From NCBI GenBank assembly GCA_013816265.1, contig JACDES010000001.1, positions 25,636-89,635 on the forward strand: DNA of 64,000 nt, written 5' to 3'. This document shows, piece after piece, positions 43,878-53,152 of the stretch. The notes beneath the pieces are model-generated. The model was given only the letters and a program-made list of their open reading frames with translations. It had not been told where the DNA came from and did no database searches. Position 1 is the first letter of the stretch. The number at the start of each line of letters is the position of its first letter. The position numbers and the translations under genes are program-made. The stretch comes from Parachlamydiaceae bacterium (lineage in GTDB: Bacteria > Chlamydiota > Chlamydiia > Chlamydiales > Parachlamydiaceae).

Positions 43878-45752
43878 CTACTCTATACCACGTGCAGGTA
43901 GGCATGTGGTTTCATCAATTTTTGAAGTCTCAAAAAGTCCTGACGAAATGCCGTATTCTCTGACAGTGGATAGGCATGTGGTAGGAACACCAACTGTAGT
44001 ATTTAATGTTTTATTATCACCGGATTTATCAAAACAAATGACGCTCATTCCTAGCGCCGCAACTAACGCAGCAGCGGAAGGAGTAGTAAGCTTAACGGCA
44101 TTCTGAGAATCGAATAAGATCTCCTGATATTGAAATGACGACCAGTTGGTACTTACCCAATGATGGGATTTAATAAAATTAGTCGGAATATAGTCTTTTG
44201 GAATCTGCGAAAATTGAGGAAAACTTCCATACCACGTCACATACCTTTTAAAGGCCTCAGGTGTTAACTCGTTCAGAGCTTTTCGATTGAATTGAGCTAA
44301 TTCGAGAAGGCTTGAATTCCTAATAAATTCCGTTTTTAGATCCATCTTACATGAATAGACGACATTCCCCATTATATTTTCATCTAATCCACATCTTTTT
44401 CGCATATTACACGCAAAGGAAAAATGTTGTTCCTCTTCCGGCAAAAACTTGGGATCCATCATGTAAACCTTTAACAAAAGCGCGTTAATAAGGTCATTTT
44501 CAGTGACAAATGTTGCCGATTCAGCTTTGAGTTTTGATATTGCAGATAGTTTAAAATGTATATTTAAAACAGTGCCAGGAAACGGTGTTGTTACTTTTTT
44601 TATCAATTCACTTTTATCTACAAGATATTGAAAGCCCTCTGACTCTCCGAATATACGAAATTCATTCAAATCTCGAAATGAAGGTGGTTTTCGCGGTAGG
44701 AGCGAATCCAAGTTTATAATCTCGGGTTTCTTGAGCGTTTCAGCCTGATTTCTATTTGAATAACAGTTGGCAAGATATTTGAAAAAATAGAATACACTTG
44801 ATTGATCTAATAATGCATGATTGAAATGATATCCTAAACTAAAGCCATCTTTCAATTTTTGCAATTTCAACGCGCACATCGGCAAGCCTTCTAAATCATC
44901 AGTAATACCTGTAAGTATTCTTGAATCCACTTTTTCGGGAAGGATCGATGTTGAGCTGTCTTCTCCAATTTCTAGTTGGACAAAATCATCATTGTTATCC
45001 GAATAGCTGACATTAATATGCTCACCATCTTTATGAAGTCGACAAAATAAGAAATCAAAATTTTTAAGAGTAGTCTGTAGAGCTTCTATAAACCTATTTA
45101 AGTCTATTGTTTCTTTAAAATGCAATACACCTCGGGTATAAACAGTACAACAAAAATATTCCAGCGGGTGAAGTCTCTTAGACCAATTCTGTTCAAAAGG
45201 AAAAAACTTAATGACATCGTGCTCTGCATTCCACTCATATCTGGAAATTTTGGCAACTGATTTCGTTTGACTCTGCTGATCTATAAAAAGTGATTTTGTA
45301 ACTGCAAAGCTAATTGGTGACGACATTGTAAGGTCTTCCACAGAATTGTGAGGAGTGCCGAGTTTTTGAATACTTACTTTATTGATGAGGGAGGTGTTTT
45401 GGAGCTTGTCATTATTGAACGTCTCCGGGTTCGAGTCATTCAGGATGGCACTAGAATGACAAATGTAGATTTTGTGTTTTTTAGTTAATAATGATTTTAC
45501 CTTTTCAGAATAAAAATATGCTATCCCCAAAGTAAAAATAATAGCTATAACACCTTTTACTAATCTTGTAAGATGGACGAGTTTGGTATGTTGAGCTTCA
45601 CAAATGACTGTATAACGAGATCCCGCATAGACTGCGTTAATAGGCTTACCATTTGAATCAACAATACTCCCCTTTTGTAAAGAAGTCACTTCCTCCCATT
45701 TTGATGAAAGCTTGAACGACTGGGGATTTTGAATGATTGTGCATGGCATCAT
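43878..45752 (-). CDS. HXXXD-motif acyltransferase paralog with ~170-aa N-terminal extension and one predicted TM segment
   Basis: 624-aa ORF with 'YHFNHALLDQSS' (~44803-44820), 'HWVSTNWSSFQYQEILFDSQNAV' and a TM-like 'GVIAIIFTLGIAYFY'. It is collinear with the 40966-42438 protein across the whole acyltransferase region. It is convergent with the P450, with only 7 nt between the stops. Confidence 0.6.
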   Translation of the reverse strand: MMPCTIIQNPQSFKLSSKWEEVTSLQKGSIVDSNGKPINAVYAGSRYTVICEAQHTKLVHLTRLVKGVIAIIFTLGIAYFYSEKVKSLLTKKHKIYICHSSAILNDSNPETFNNDKLQNTSLINKVSIQKLGTPHNSVEDLTMSSPISFAVTKSLFIDQQSQTKSVAKISRYEWNAEHDVIKFFPFEQNWSKRLHPLEYFCCTVYTRGVLHFKETIDLNRFIEALQTTLKNFDFLFCRLHKDGEHINVSYSDNNDDFVQLEIGEDSSTSILPEKVDSRILTGITDDLEGLPMCALKLQKLKDGFSLGYHFNHALLDQSSVFYFFKYLANCYSNRNQAETLKKPEIINLDSLLPRKPPSFRDLNEFRIFGESEGFQYLVDKSELIKKVTTPFPGTVLNIHFKLSAISKLKAESATFVTENDLINALLLKVYMMDPKFLPEEEQHFSFACNMRKRCGLDENIMGNVVYSCKMDLKTEFIRNSSLLELAQFNRKALNELTPEAFKRYVTWYGSFPQFSQIPKDYIPTNFIKSHHWVSTNWSSFQYQEILFDSQNAVKLTTPSAAALVAALGMSVICFDKSGDNKTLNTTVGVPTTCLSTVREYGISSGLFETSKIDETTCLPARGIE

Positions 45753-46280
45753 ATATAGAGCTCGTTTAAAGTTTTATTTGAACCTATACCACGGGAGGTA
45801 TAGAAACGGCGGTTTGAAATGATAAAGTGATATTGGCTTATAAGATAGCATCAATTTATATACTTCCAACTCGCCCCTCTAGGATGAAAGTAATAATCAA
45901 TAGAATAATTAATATCAATCAAAGTTTGATTGCTTCAAAGATTCCTGGCTTGTCGATCAACGTAATGATGATATATCCAAACTCTTGAATTTACTATACA
46001 AAAACAAATTGATGAAAAATACAATAAATATTGCTAAGATGACGTTTGCTACTTTTATCCAAAAAGTTCTTTGTGTTTTGCTTCTAAGGCCATTAAAAAC
46101 AGATAAGATTTCGGAGAGTAATCTAAAATTTTGAATTCACTTGTTCTCTCTCTTAACCAACATAATAGTAGAGGAAAATGTTATATGATCTGTTACTCTT
46201 GGAGTAAGCTCAAAAGGAGCTGTAAAAGAAGCAGAGTGACTGCCTAAATATTCACCATTTAAAAGATTATACACAACTTT

Positions 46281-47297
46281 TTACCCACTTAAAATATGAC
46301 TTCTCGCCATCCTCAAAAAAAGTTTTCTTATGACCAATAATATGTGAATCTGTAAATAATACCCCCATTCATTTAGTCGAAATAATGGAAATGCAAAAGA
46401 TCCATCCACGACCTCCACTTTATTACTGATCAAATCTAAATCATGAAAGCGAATATAGGTTTCAAAAAAAATTTTGTTTGGATATCTTTCGGAGTAATTA
46501 AATGTAATAACATTATTACATGTAAATGTAGGATCCCTTCCATAAACAATAATATTTTTACATGTAAATGTAGGATCCCTTCCATAAACAATAATATTTT
46601 TATAAGCGTAGATGGAAGTAACGAGACTACTATCTAATATAAGATGATTCTCAAGAAACTTTAAATAATCGTGATAATTATCACTAAATGAAAATTCATT
46701 TAAGTTGGTGATTGTAAAATCTTTGATTAATTTTTTATTTATATCCAAAAAAATAATATGAAATCCAAATTTGCCAGGGACATTTATACTAATACGATTA
46801 ATCAATATTGCTCTTTTCCCATCAAAAGAAAAAAAATCGAACTCTTTATAGGCCTCAGGTATGGAGTACTTGAATATTTCTTTTGGATTTGCTTTATTCC
46901 TAATTTCGGCATCATCTTTACCACAAAAGTGAATAATACCTTCTTCATTTACGAACCAATTGTTAATATCGTTTCTATTAACCTCTAAGATTGTTGATTC
47001 AAAGACTCCCTTTATCCGATTATTCATTATGATATCACATTCTCTCCAGGAATAGTTGTCAACGGTCTTCAATATTTTTAATTCACTGTTCGCAATGCGT
47101 TCCCAAATTCTTTCTTCATAAACTAATCTTAATCTTAAATCTGAACAAGTTTGAGCAACGCTTGCGATCTCCTTTGAGCTTAAAAAACCGGTGTAAGAAA
47201 TAAATGCTTTCTGGGACCAATATAGGACTGATTTGTGTTGGTCTTGATTTAAAATGTTCTGATTAATGTTGATTAGAGAATGCAATACATTAGACAT
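46281..47297 (-). CDS. Hypothetical protein with F-box-like N-terminal motif and an in-frame 14-aa tandem duplication
   Basis: 338-aa ORF. 'FLSSKEIASVAQTCSDLRLRLVYEERIWERI' resembles the C-terminal half of an F-box. 'KNIIVYGRDPTFTC' is repeated twice, from a perfect 42-bp DNA duplication. Confidence 0.55.
   Translation of the reverse strand: MSNVLHSLININQNILNQDQHKSVLYWSQKAFISYTGFLSSKEIASVAQTCSDLRLRLVYEERIWERIANSELKILKTVDNYSWRECDIIMNNRIKGVFESTILEVNRNDINNWFVNEEGIIHFCGKDDAEIRNKANPKEIFKYSIPEAYKEFDFFSFDGKRAILINRISINVPGKFGFHIIFLDINKKLIKDFTITNLNEFSFSDNYHDYLKFLENHLILDSSLVTSIYAYKNIIVYGRDPTFTCKNIIVYGRDPTFTCNNVITFNYSERYPNKIFFETYIRFHDLDLISNKVEVVDGSFAFPLFRLNEWGYYLQIHILLVIRKLFLRMARSHILSG
46519..46602. repeat. 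Perfect 42-bp tandem duplication (2 copies) inside a CDS
   Basis: catgtaaatgtaggatcccttccataaacaataatattttta occupies 46519-46560 and again 46561-46602. The length is a multiple of three. Confidence 0.95.
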
Positions 47298-47476
47298 GAA
47301 ATTTTCAATAACCCTTCAATTTTTGGGGATCACGGTGTAAAATTAATAAAATAATAGGGTTCTTAATATGCTATGGAAGCTGAATGAGCGTCTTTATAAT
47401 GAAAGCGAAAGAGGGCTTTCCTGTTGGAGAAGTTATCGGCAGGCGCATCTCTCATTTTTAAGACCAATTCCTTATA

Positions 47477-48916
47477 TCATGTCACCAAACATTTTTGAAG
47501 TTTCGAATAGAAAGGATCATCCTTCTTAATATGTATTGAAGCGAATTTTAAGACTTTTTGTAAGTTATTGACATGCTTGAGGACTTCGGTATCCTTGTTT
47601 TTTAGCCATCCACAATGTTTCATCATTTCATAACTTTGACATAGACGAAAGTGAAAAAGTTGTCTTGCACTTCCATCTGTGCAATCAGGAATTGCTAGAT
47701 AATAATTAGGTTTTGTATCCAGTACAGTTTTCTGAATGTCCGCTTTCATAACACCTTTATCATTAATATGTTTTGCAATTCGTTCAATAATTACACCACG
47801 GTCTTCATACGCGTTCATCATAAAGGGCTGTTGATGATGTAAAATGACTTTTATTAGATGATTCAGCTTGGCGACTTGTCCAATATCTTGATTGAGGTAG
47901 CTTCCTGAATCGCAATTATATAGTGTAATCTTGTTGTCAAAACCCTTACTTATAATAATCGTGTACCAATGACCTAAATTTTCATTTCCACAAATCATTG
48001 TCATCAATGAAGGTCCAGGATTTCTGGCAAAATCATAGATTTTTTGAGCATCATTAAGCCCTTTTTCGTCAACCAAACCGATCGTTGGAGACCCACTAGC
48101 ATTAACTTGAACATTAAAAAATGATAAACATGTATCAGAAGCTAATTTAAACGCTTTTTGAAGTTCTATTAAGTTTGCCGGTGGATTGTTATCGTTTCGA
48201 AATAATTCAACAACACTTCTTAGCATTGGTGTAGAAGCATCTCTTTCATTAATTGGCTTATCACAAAGTAGCGGCATACAATATTTATTAAAAAAACTGA
48301 CAAAAAGCTCAGTATCATTAAAAAGGGGGCCAAAACTATCCGGGTGATCAACGGAGTACATCGCAATGAAAGCATTTTTCAATGCATGATATCCACAATT
48401 TTGTTTGTGCGATTCTGTTGTATCTTTTTCCTGTTTTAAAGTAGGAATAATCTTAACGCCATTAACTTTTGTCTCAATTAATTTTTCAAGACAAGTATTA
48501 AAATACAATTCATCGGCTGAATTAGATGGTTCTTCAATAGGAATACTTAATTTTGATAAATCAATTGCTTGGGATATGTGTTGATTTTTTTCCTCTAGAG
48601 GAAGGGTTTTGTTAGGAATTTTATCTAGATCGGCTAGAATCAAAATGGCGATTGTATTGATTATAGGAATTAATAAAATAAATCCAACAATCCCATGTTT
48701 AACCCTTCCACTTAACGAAATAAAATTTGGATTCGGTATCAAATTCCCATCGCGAGAGAATATTTGAGAGGGCTTTGCACCAATTTTATCTAGATTTTTA
48801 ATACCCTCTTTATAGGGTTCTATAAAAAGAAAAGAAAACTGCGATCCGTTAAAACTCTCATTCGATATATATGTTGAATTCATTTTGTCCCTATTAAACT
48901 TAAGCTTTATTATCAT
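47477..48916 (-). CDS. Papain-fold cysteine protease-like protein (Josephin/USP-like Cys and His boxes; candidate deubiquitinase) with N-proximal TM segment
   Basis: 479-aa ORF (alternative ATG at 48883 with AGGGA upstream).
- Cys box 'ESHKQNCGYHALKNAF'.
- His box 'NLGHWYTIIISKGFDNKITLYNCDS'. Compare ataxin-3 'EHWFTVRKLGKQWFNLNS' and the USP pattern 'GHY...(15-18 aa)...DDS'.
- TM-like 'GIVGFILLIPIINTIAILILA'. Confidence 0.5.
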   Translation of the reverse strand: MIIKLKFNRDKMNSTYISNESFNGSQFSFLFIEPYKEGIKNLDKIGAKPSQIFSRDGNLIPNPNFISLSGRVKHGIVGFILLIPIINTIAILILADLDKIPNKTLPLEEKNQHISQAIDLSKLSIPIEEPSNSADELYFNTCLEKLIETKVNGVKIIPTLKQEKDTTESHKQNCGYHALKNAFIAMYSVDHPDSFGPLFNDTELFVSFFNKYCMPLLCDKPINERDASTPMLRSVVELFRNDNNPPANLIELQKAFKLASDTCLSFFNVQVNASGSPTIGLVDEKGLNDAQKIYDFARNPGPSLMTMICGNENLGHWYTIIISKGFDNKITLYNCDSGSYLNQDIGQVAKLNHLIKVILHHQQPFMMNAYEDRGVIIERIAKHINDKGVMKADIQKTVLDTKPNYYLAIPDCTDGSARQLFHFRLCQSYEMMKHCGWLKNKDTEVLKHVNNLQKVLKFASIHIKKDDPFYSKLQKCLVT

Positions 48917-49067
48917 TTTAGGAATTAATAATTATTAAAATATTACATTATAATTTACAGTAACCCAACAAAAAAAACAATAAAAATTTTAGTTAAATAA
49001 ATTGAATTAAAGATATATTCTCTTTTACCAAACTAAAAAAGTTGAGTATTTTTTAGTGCAAATAAAG

Positions 49068-50099
49068 CTAATATTGAGAGCTAACCACCAAAGAAGTAGC
49101 AAAACCACCGAACATCAGATCTGTAGCAAAGTCATTAAGTTGAAATTGAGACTCCATTTCCCCTGCTTGAAGATCCTCAATAGTTGAAATTTGACTGTCT
49201 TTCCGAAAACCTATAATTTGATTACTTAGCAATCCTAATGCAGTTCCCATTAATGCAATAAGAATCTCATGTTCATAGACTTCTTCACCTGCTAAAGCTT
49301 TGAATGTATGTAGGGTTGCTAAACTGCCAGCAGTAGAGGAGATGATATTCATTGAATTATTAAATAATATTTTTGAGGTTTCTTTCATTACTTTGCTTGA
49401 TTTGTCTTTAATTCCACCTACAATTTCCTTAAAGTCATGTCCAAATGTTTTAAAAGCCACTCCTAAAAGAGTTGCTATCCCAACTTCTTTACACACAATC
49501 GATCTCGGATCTTCCGTGTTAATGACGTTATGAATAGCAAAACCTCTTGCCAATCCATGAATGAATGAACCTATTACATTCATTCCTGAACGAAGATTAC
49601 TAACTATCTCCTTTTTACCTTGTTGAAAGGACTTTTCTTTAGAATCTTCAAGGAGATATTCCCTAAATTCTGTTTCAAGGAATTTTTGATCTCCTTTTGA
49701 TAATTTTGAAAATTTTTGCTTAAACACAAGAGCCTTATCTTCTGTTGGTTGAATTTTCTTAAAGACAATCATCACTTTAAATAAATCGACTTTTGTTCCA
49801 GTCTCCAGCCAATGCTCCGTATTTTCATCAATCCAAGAATGCTGCTTTTTATATAATAAGAAATCAATTGCATTACCCCAAATAGTTTCATATTTAGTCG
49901 GATCAAATTCTTCTATAATGACTTTTGTGAATTTTGGGTTTTTTTTATATCTATCCGGAATAATTTTACTCCAATATGTTTCCGCTAAAACAGGATCTTT
50001 TTTAAGTATCTCAATAACGGATTCTAAACTTCCTTTTTGTAGTGTATTTCTAAGTTGATTAAAATCCGTTCCAGAATGTGCGATAGAGCTTGTAGTCAT
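49068..50099 (-). CDS. Hypothetical membrane-associated protein (hydrophobic C-terminal half)
   Basis: The track ORF starts at TTG 50159. ATG at 50099 has GGAGAA 7 nt upstream ('MTTSSIAHSG...'). The C-terminal half holds several hydrophobic stretches ('VIGSFIHGLARGFAI', 'VGIATLLGVAF', 'IISSTAGSLATL', 'ILIALMGTALGLL', 'LMFGGFATSLVV'). Confidence 0.55.
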   Translation of the reverse strand: MTTSSIAHSGTDFNQLRNTLQKGSLESVIEILKKDPVLAETYWSKIIPDRYKKNPKFTKVIIEEFDPTKYETIWGNAIDFLLYKKQHSWIDENTEHWLETGTKVDLFKVMIVFKKIQPTEDKALVFKQKFSKLSKGDQKFLETEFREYLLEDSKEKSFQQGKKEIVSNLRSGMNVIGSFIHGLARGFAIHNVINTEDPRSIVCKEVGIATLLGVAFKTFGHDFKEIVGGIKDKSSKVMKETSKILFNNSMNIISSTAGSLATLHTFKALAGEEVYEHEILIALMGTALGLLSNQIIGFRKDSQISTIEDLQAGEMESQFQLNDFATDLMFGGFATSLVVSSQY

Positions 50100-50525
50100 A
50101 TATTTTCTCCAATGTATGCAAAAAGCATAGACTGTACATTTTTTTATTTTTTTTAACAATATCCTAAAAAATTTTAAACATTACCTTTGGAATTTGAGCA
50201 AGAAAGAGTTAAATAAAATTCAACACAAAGACACTAAGAGGGGCGCTTTAACAAACTTTTTGCGGCAATAGGGGTTTATTGAACACAAGTAATAAATGAC
50301 ATTTCTTTCTTTGTGTCTTCGTGTCTTTGTGTTTTATCTCTTTGAAACATTATATTCAATATACTTTCAAAAACCCACAACGATTGAATAACAAAACACA
50401 ATAAAAAAACACAATCTATTATTTACAAACAAACCACATTTAAACTATAATATAAATAAATTGAATATTATTAATAAATAAAATAATTAATTTTATTATT
50501 TAAATTCTATTAGTGGGGTATTCTT

Positions 50526-53051
50526 ATGACAATCCCAATTTCAGAATCATCTTCTTCTCCTACAAAAATTTCAGCACAGGGAAAAGATTCAAAGTCTACT
50601 CAAGATAAAGTAGTCGAATCAGTTGCGATTCCTAAAGTCTCTGATCTATCCACCGATGCATCAAACAAAACCATATTAGCAAAAAAAGTCGATAGAGAAA
50701 TAGAGCTCCAAAAGAAAGAAAAAGATGTTTTGCCTAATGTAGAATACTTAAAATATATAGCAAATAAGTACAAATCAGATACAGATACTCAATACTATAA
50801 AAACAACTCAATTGAACTAGAGAAGGCAGAAGCGGAATTAGCACTAATACAGAAAGAGTTGGAGACAAATTTAGACCTCTCTTCTCCTTCAGATCAATTT
50901 ATCAAGAAATCAGTTGCAATGATTGTTTCAAACAAAAAAAGCGAGGATGCAGGAAAGGATAAACTTTTAAGACAAGCAATCAATATCGGACTCAAGGGGT
51001 ATCAAAGCAAAGAAAGTGAGGCTGCTCAAACAGAAATTAGCGGCTTAAAAACAAGGTTTCACGGACATGAGCGATTAAAGTATGCAACAGCCCTTCTAAT
51101 AGAATGTATGAAATCTGATTCTTCTGATTTAGGTTTAGAAACCGATAAAGATAAACAAGATTTATTTAGAATATTCAAACATAGACAGAATTTTTCTAAA
51201 TATCTCGAACTTTATGAGCCATTGTTCGGAAATTCCTCAGTTGATTTCAAATCATCATATTATTCATCCGAAGTTGATAAGATCAGAAAAGTAATAATTG
51301 AGAACATCGAAGATTTAGATAATCCAAATTCTCCAAATGTCGTCCTACTAGACGACGGTACGACAACATTCGTGATGCCAGGTGGTTGGGATCAACATTA
51401 TATTAGCTATGAGATTAGGAAAAATCCTGATGGTACCTATGAATTCATCATTCACAATCGAGGGTCGGGGTCTAGTGACGAAAATTTTCATGGGGATTTA
51501 AATATTGAAAATAATGGAAAAACATACGCCAGAACAAGAGTTCCTGTAAGAATCACAAAAAAAGACCTCACTAACACGTTATTTCTAAACTTCCTAATTA
51601 AATCCACCACTTCTACTTGTACTACAACCAATGAATTAAATACCCGCCAAGAAGTTTACAGCCGGCTCAAGACTTACCTGGATCCTAGAAAGAATGTTAT
51701 TATTTCCGAAGAAGAAAAATTAGCACAAAAATTAGAATATATCATTAAGGATGAATCCAACAATTTCACGCCTGATCAAATTGCAGATTTAAAAAAACTT
51801 CAATTTCAACTGATTAAATTAGATCCCAATTTTCATAGCAAACAATTATTTGGTACTTGTACAGAATCAAATCAAACAACACCAGAAAAAGAGATGGCCC
51901 CAAAATGGGTTCATCGCTCCTTAAAACTTCACACTATTACCGGACTAACAAATGAAATATTTACTGAATATTTGAGTGATTACACAAAAGATTTAAAAAC
52001 AAAAGATTTAAGAGCGGCTCTAAATGAACTTTTAACGAAAATGAATTCTGATGGTAAGCTTTATCAAGTAACTAAAGGATTGATCGATTCATATGATGAC
52101 GTCCAATCAAAACAATTAAATAAAAAAGAAATTCTCGTTAAAATACAATCCCTACCTGAGTTTATAGCATTCTCTGTCTTCGGGGGTGGCAAAGATCACA
52201 CCCTAGATAAAACTAAAGAATTTGATGAAGTAATGAAGCATTTGGAACATGAATTCAGAATGCTCGATCTCGATAAAGCAAAAATTGTCCATATTCATTC
52301 GATAAAACGGGCTGCAATTCTCAAAGAAAAAGTCGCAAAACCACCAAAACATATGTCAAAAGAAGCAATAATGGCCGGAATTCGCGATAAATTTAAAGAA
52401 ATAATGGATTTCAATGATGATAAAACCATTTTATCTGCAAGTTCTAAGGATCAAGCTGAAGCAGCTAAGTCACCTAACTTTAAAGCTGAGCTTTCTTTTA
52501 TAGAAAAATTCTCAGAAAATATTAAAAATTATGATTCTCAATTCTGTGATGGAATGATGAAAATGAGTGGAATGGAATCATTAAAAAAACGATGCCTTAA
52601 AAACATAGAAATAATAGGTAAAGAGAAGCCCTCTGAATATGAAGAACACATACGTTTATTTAATGAACAAATAAAAGTTCTTGATCGTGAAATGAGTTAT
52701 ATTAAAGGAACATTTCAAAGTGCTTATATCGAAATGATCAATAATAATGAAGAGACAATGTTGTCTGAAACACCCAAACATGCAACAGAATTATCAAATT
52801 CATATTACCTTCCTATAGAACTTTCGTTCGTAGGAAACTACTTTGATGAGCTTAAAAATACAGATAAACATTTTTTTGATACCCAATTGAAAATGTATGG
52901 GATGGAACACTTAAAAAATCGTTGTCTAAAAAATATAGAAATATTAAGTAAAGAGAAATCTACCGAAAATGAAGACTATATAGTTTTATTCCAAGAGCAA
53001 ATTGAAGCAATTGATAAAGTAATGTCTCAATTGGAAACATCATCTGAATAG
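50526..53051 (+). CDS. Large hypothetical protein, paralog A of an unassigned family (conserved His and Cys blocks; C-terminal 110-aa internal repeat)
   Basis: 841-aa ORF. It shares collinear blocks with the 54006-56291 protein:
- 'LFRIFKHRQNFSKY' vs 'LLRICKHRFNTFQY'.
- 'DNPNSPN...MPGGWDQHYISYEIRK...FIIHNRG...HGD..IENNGKTYARTRVPVRITKKDL' vs 'DNLDSPN...IPGRW..GGHSVSYSIKK...FVMDNRG...HGNREFKVNGKIYLQTRVEIKISKEAL'.
- 'FHSKQLFGTCTESNQTTPEKEMAP' vs 'IHSGQLRGTCVASNRTTSEKLLAP'. Confidence 0.8.
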   Translation: MTIPISESSSSPTKISAQGKDSKSTQDKVVESVAIPKVSDLSTDASNKTILAKKVDREIELQKKEKDVLPNVEYLKYIANKYKSDTDTQYYKNNSIELEKAEAELALIQKELETNLDLSSPSDQFIKKSVAMIVSNKKSEDAGKDKLLRQAINIGLKGYQSKESEAAQTEISGLKTRFHGHERLKYATALLIECMKSDSSDLGLETDKDKQDLFRIFKHRQNFSKYLELYEPLFGNSSVDFKSSYYSSEVDKIRKVIIENIEDLDNPNSPNVVLLDDGTTTFVMPGGWDQHYISYEIRKNPDGTYEFIIHNRGSGSSDENFHGDLNIENNGKTYARTRVPVRITKKDLTNTLFLNFLIKSTTSTCTTTNELNTRQEVYSRLKTYLDPRKNVIISEEEKLAQKLEYIIKDESNNFTPDQIADLKKLQFQLIKLDPNFHSKQLFGTCTESNQTTPEKEMAPKWVHRSLKLHTITGLTNEIFTEYLSDYTKDLKTKDLRAALNELLTKMNSDGKLYQVTKGLIDSYDDVQSKQLNKKEILVKIQSLPEFIAFSVFGGGKDHTLDKTKEFDEVMKHLEHEFRMLDLDKAKIVHIHSIKRAAILKEKVAKPPKHMSKEAIMAGIRDKFKEIMDFNDDKTILSASSKDQAEAAKSPNFKAELSFIEKFSENIKNYDSQFCDGMMKMSGMESLKKRCLKNIEIIGKEKPSEYEEHIRLFNEQIKVLDREMSYIKGTFQSAYIEMINNNEETMLSETPKHATELSNSYYLPIELSFVGNYFDELKNTDKHFFDTQLKMYGMEHLKNRCLKNIEILSKEKSTENEDYIVLFQEQIEAIDKVMSQLETSSE

Positions 53052-53152
53052 GCTACTTGCGATCTAAAATGTGAATTTTGAACATGTTCGTTTTATAAAG
53101 AATAATAAAGCCGCCTCTAATTAAATACCAGCATAAACTGTTTGGTAATTGA

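Noticed and set aside
53080-53094. The 15-mer 'gaacatgttcgtttt' (containing the palindrome GAACATGTTC) is shared between this intergenic site and nt 5-19 inside the ER gene.
   Set aside because: One copy is coding. A single 15-mer repeat in AT-rich sequence is not clearly beyond chance. As a terminator, the hairpin would have no loop.
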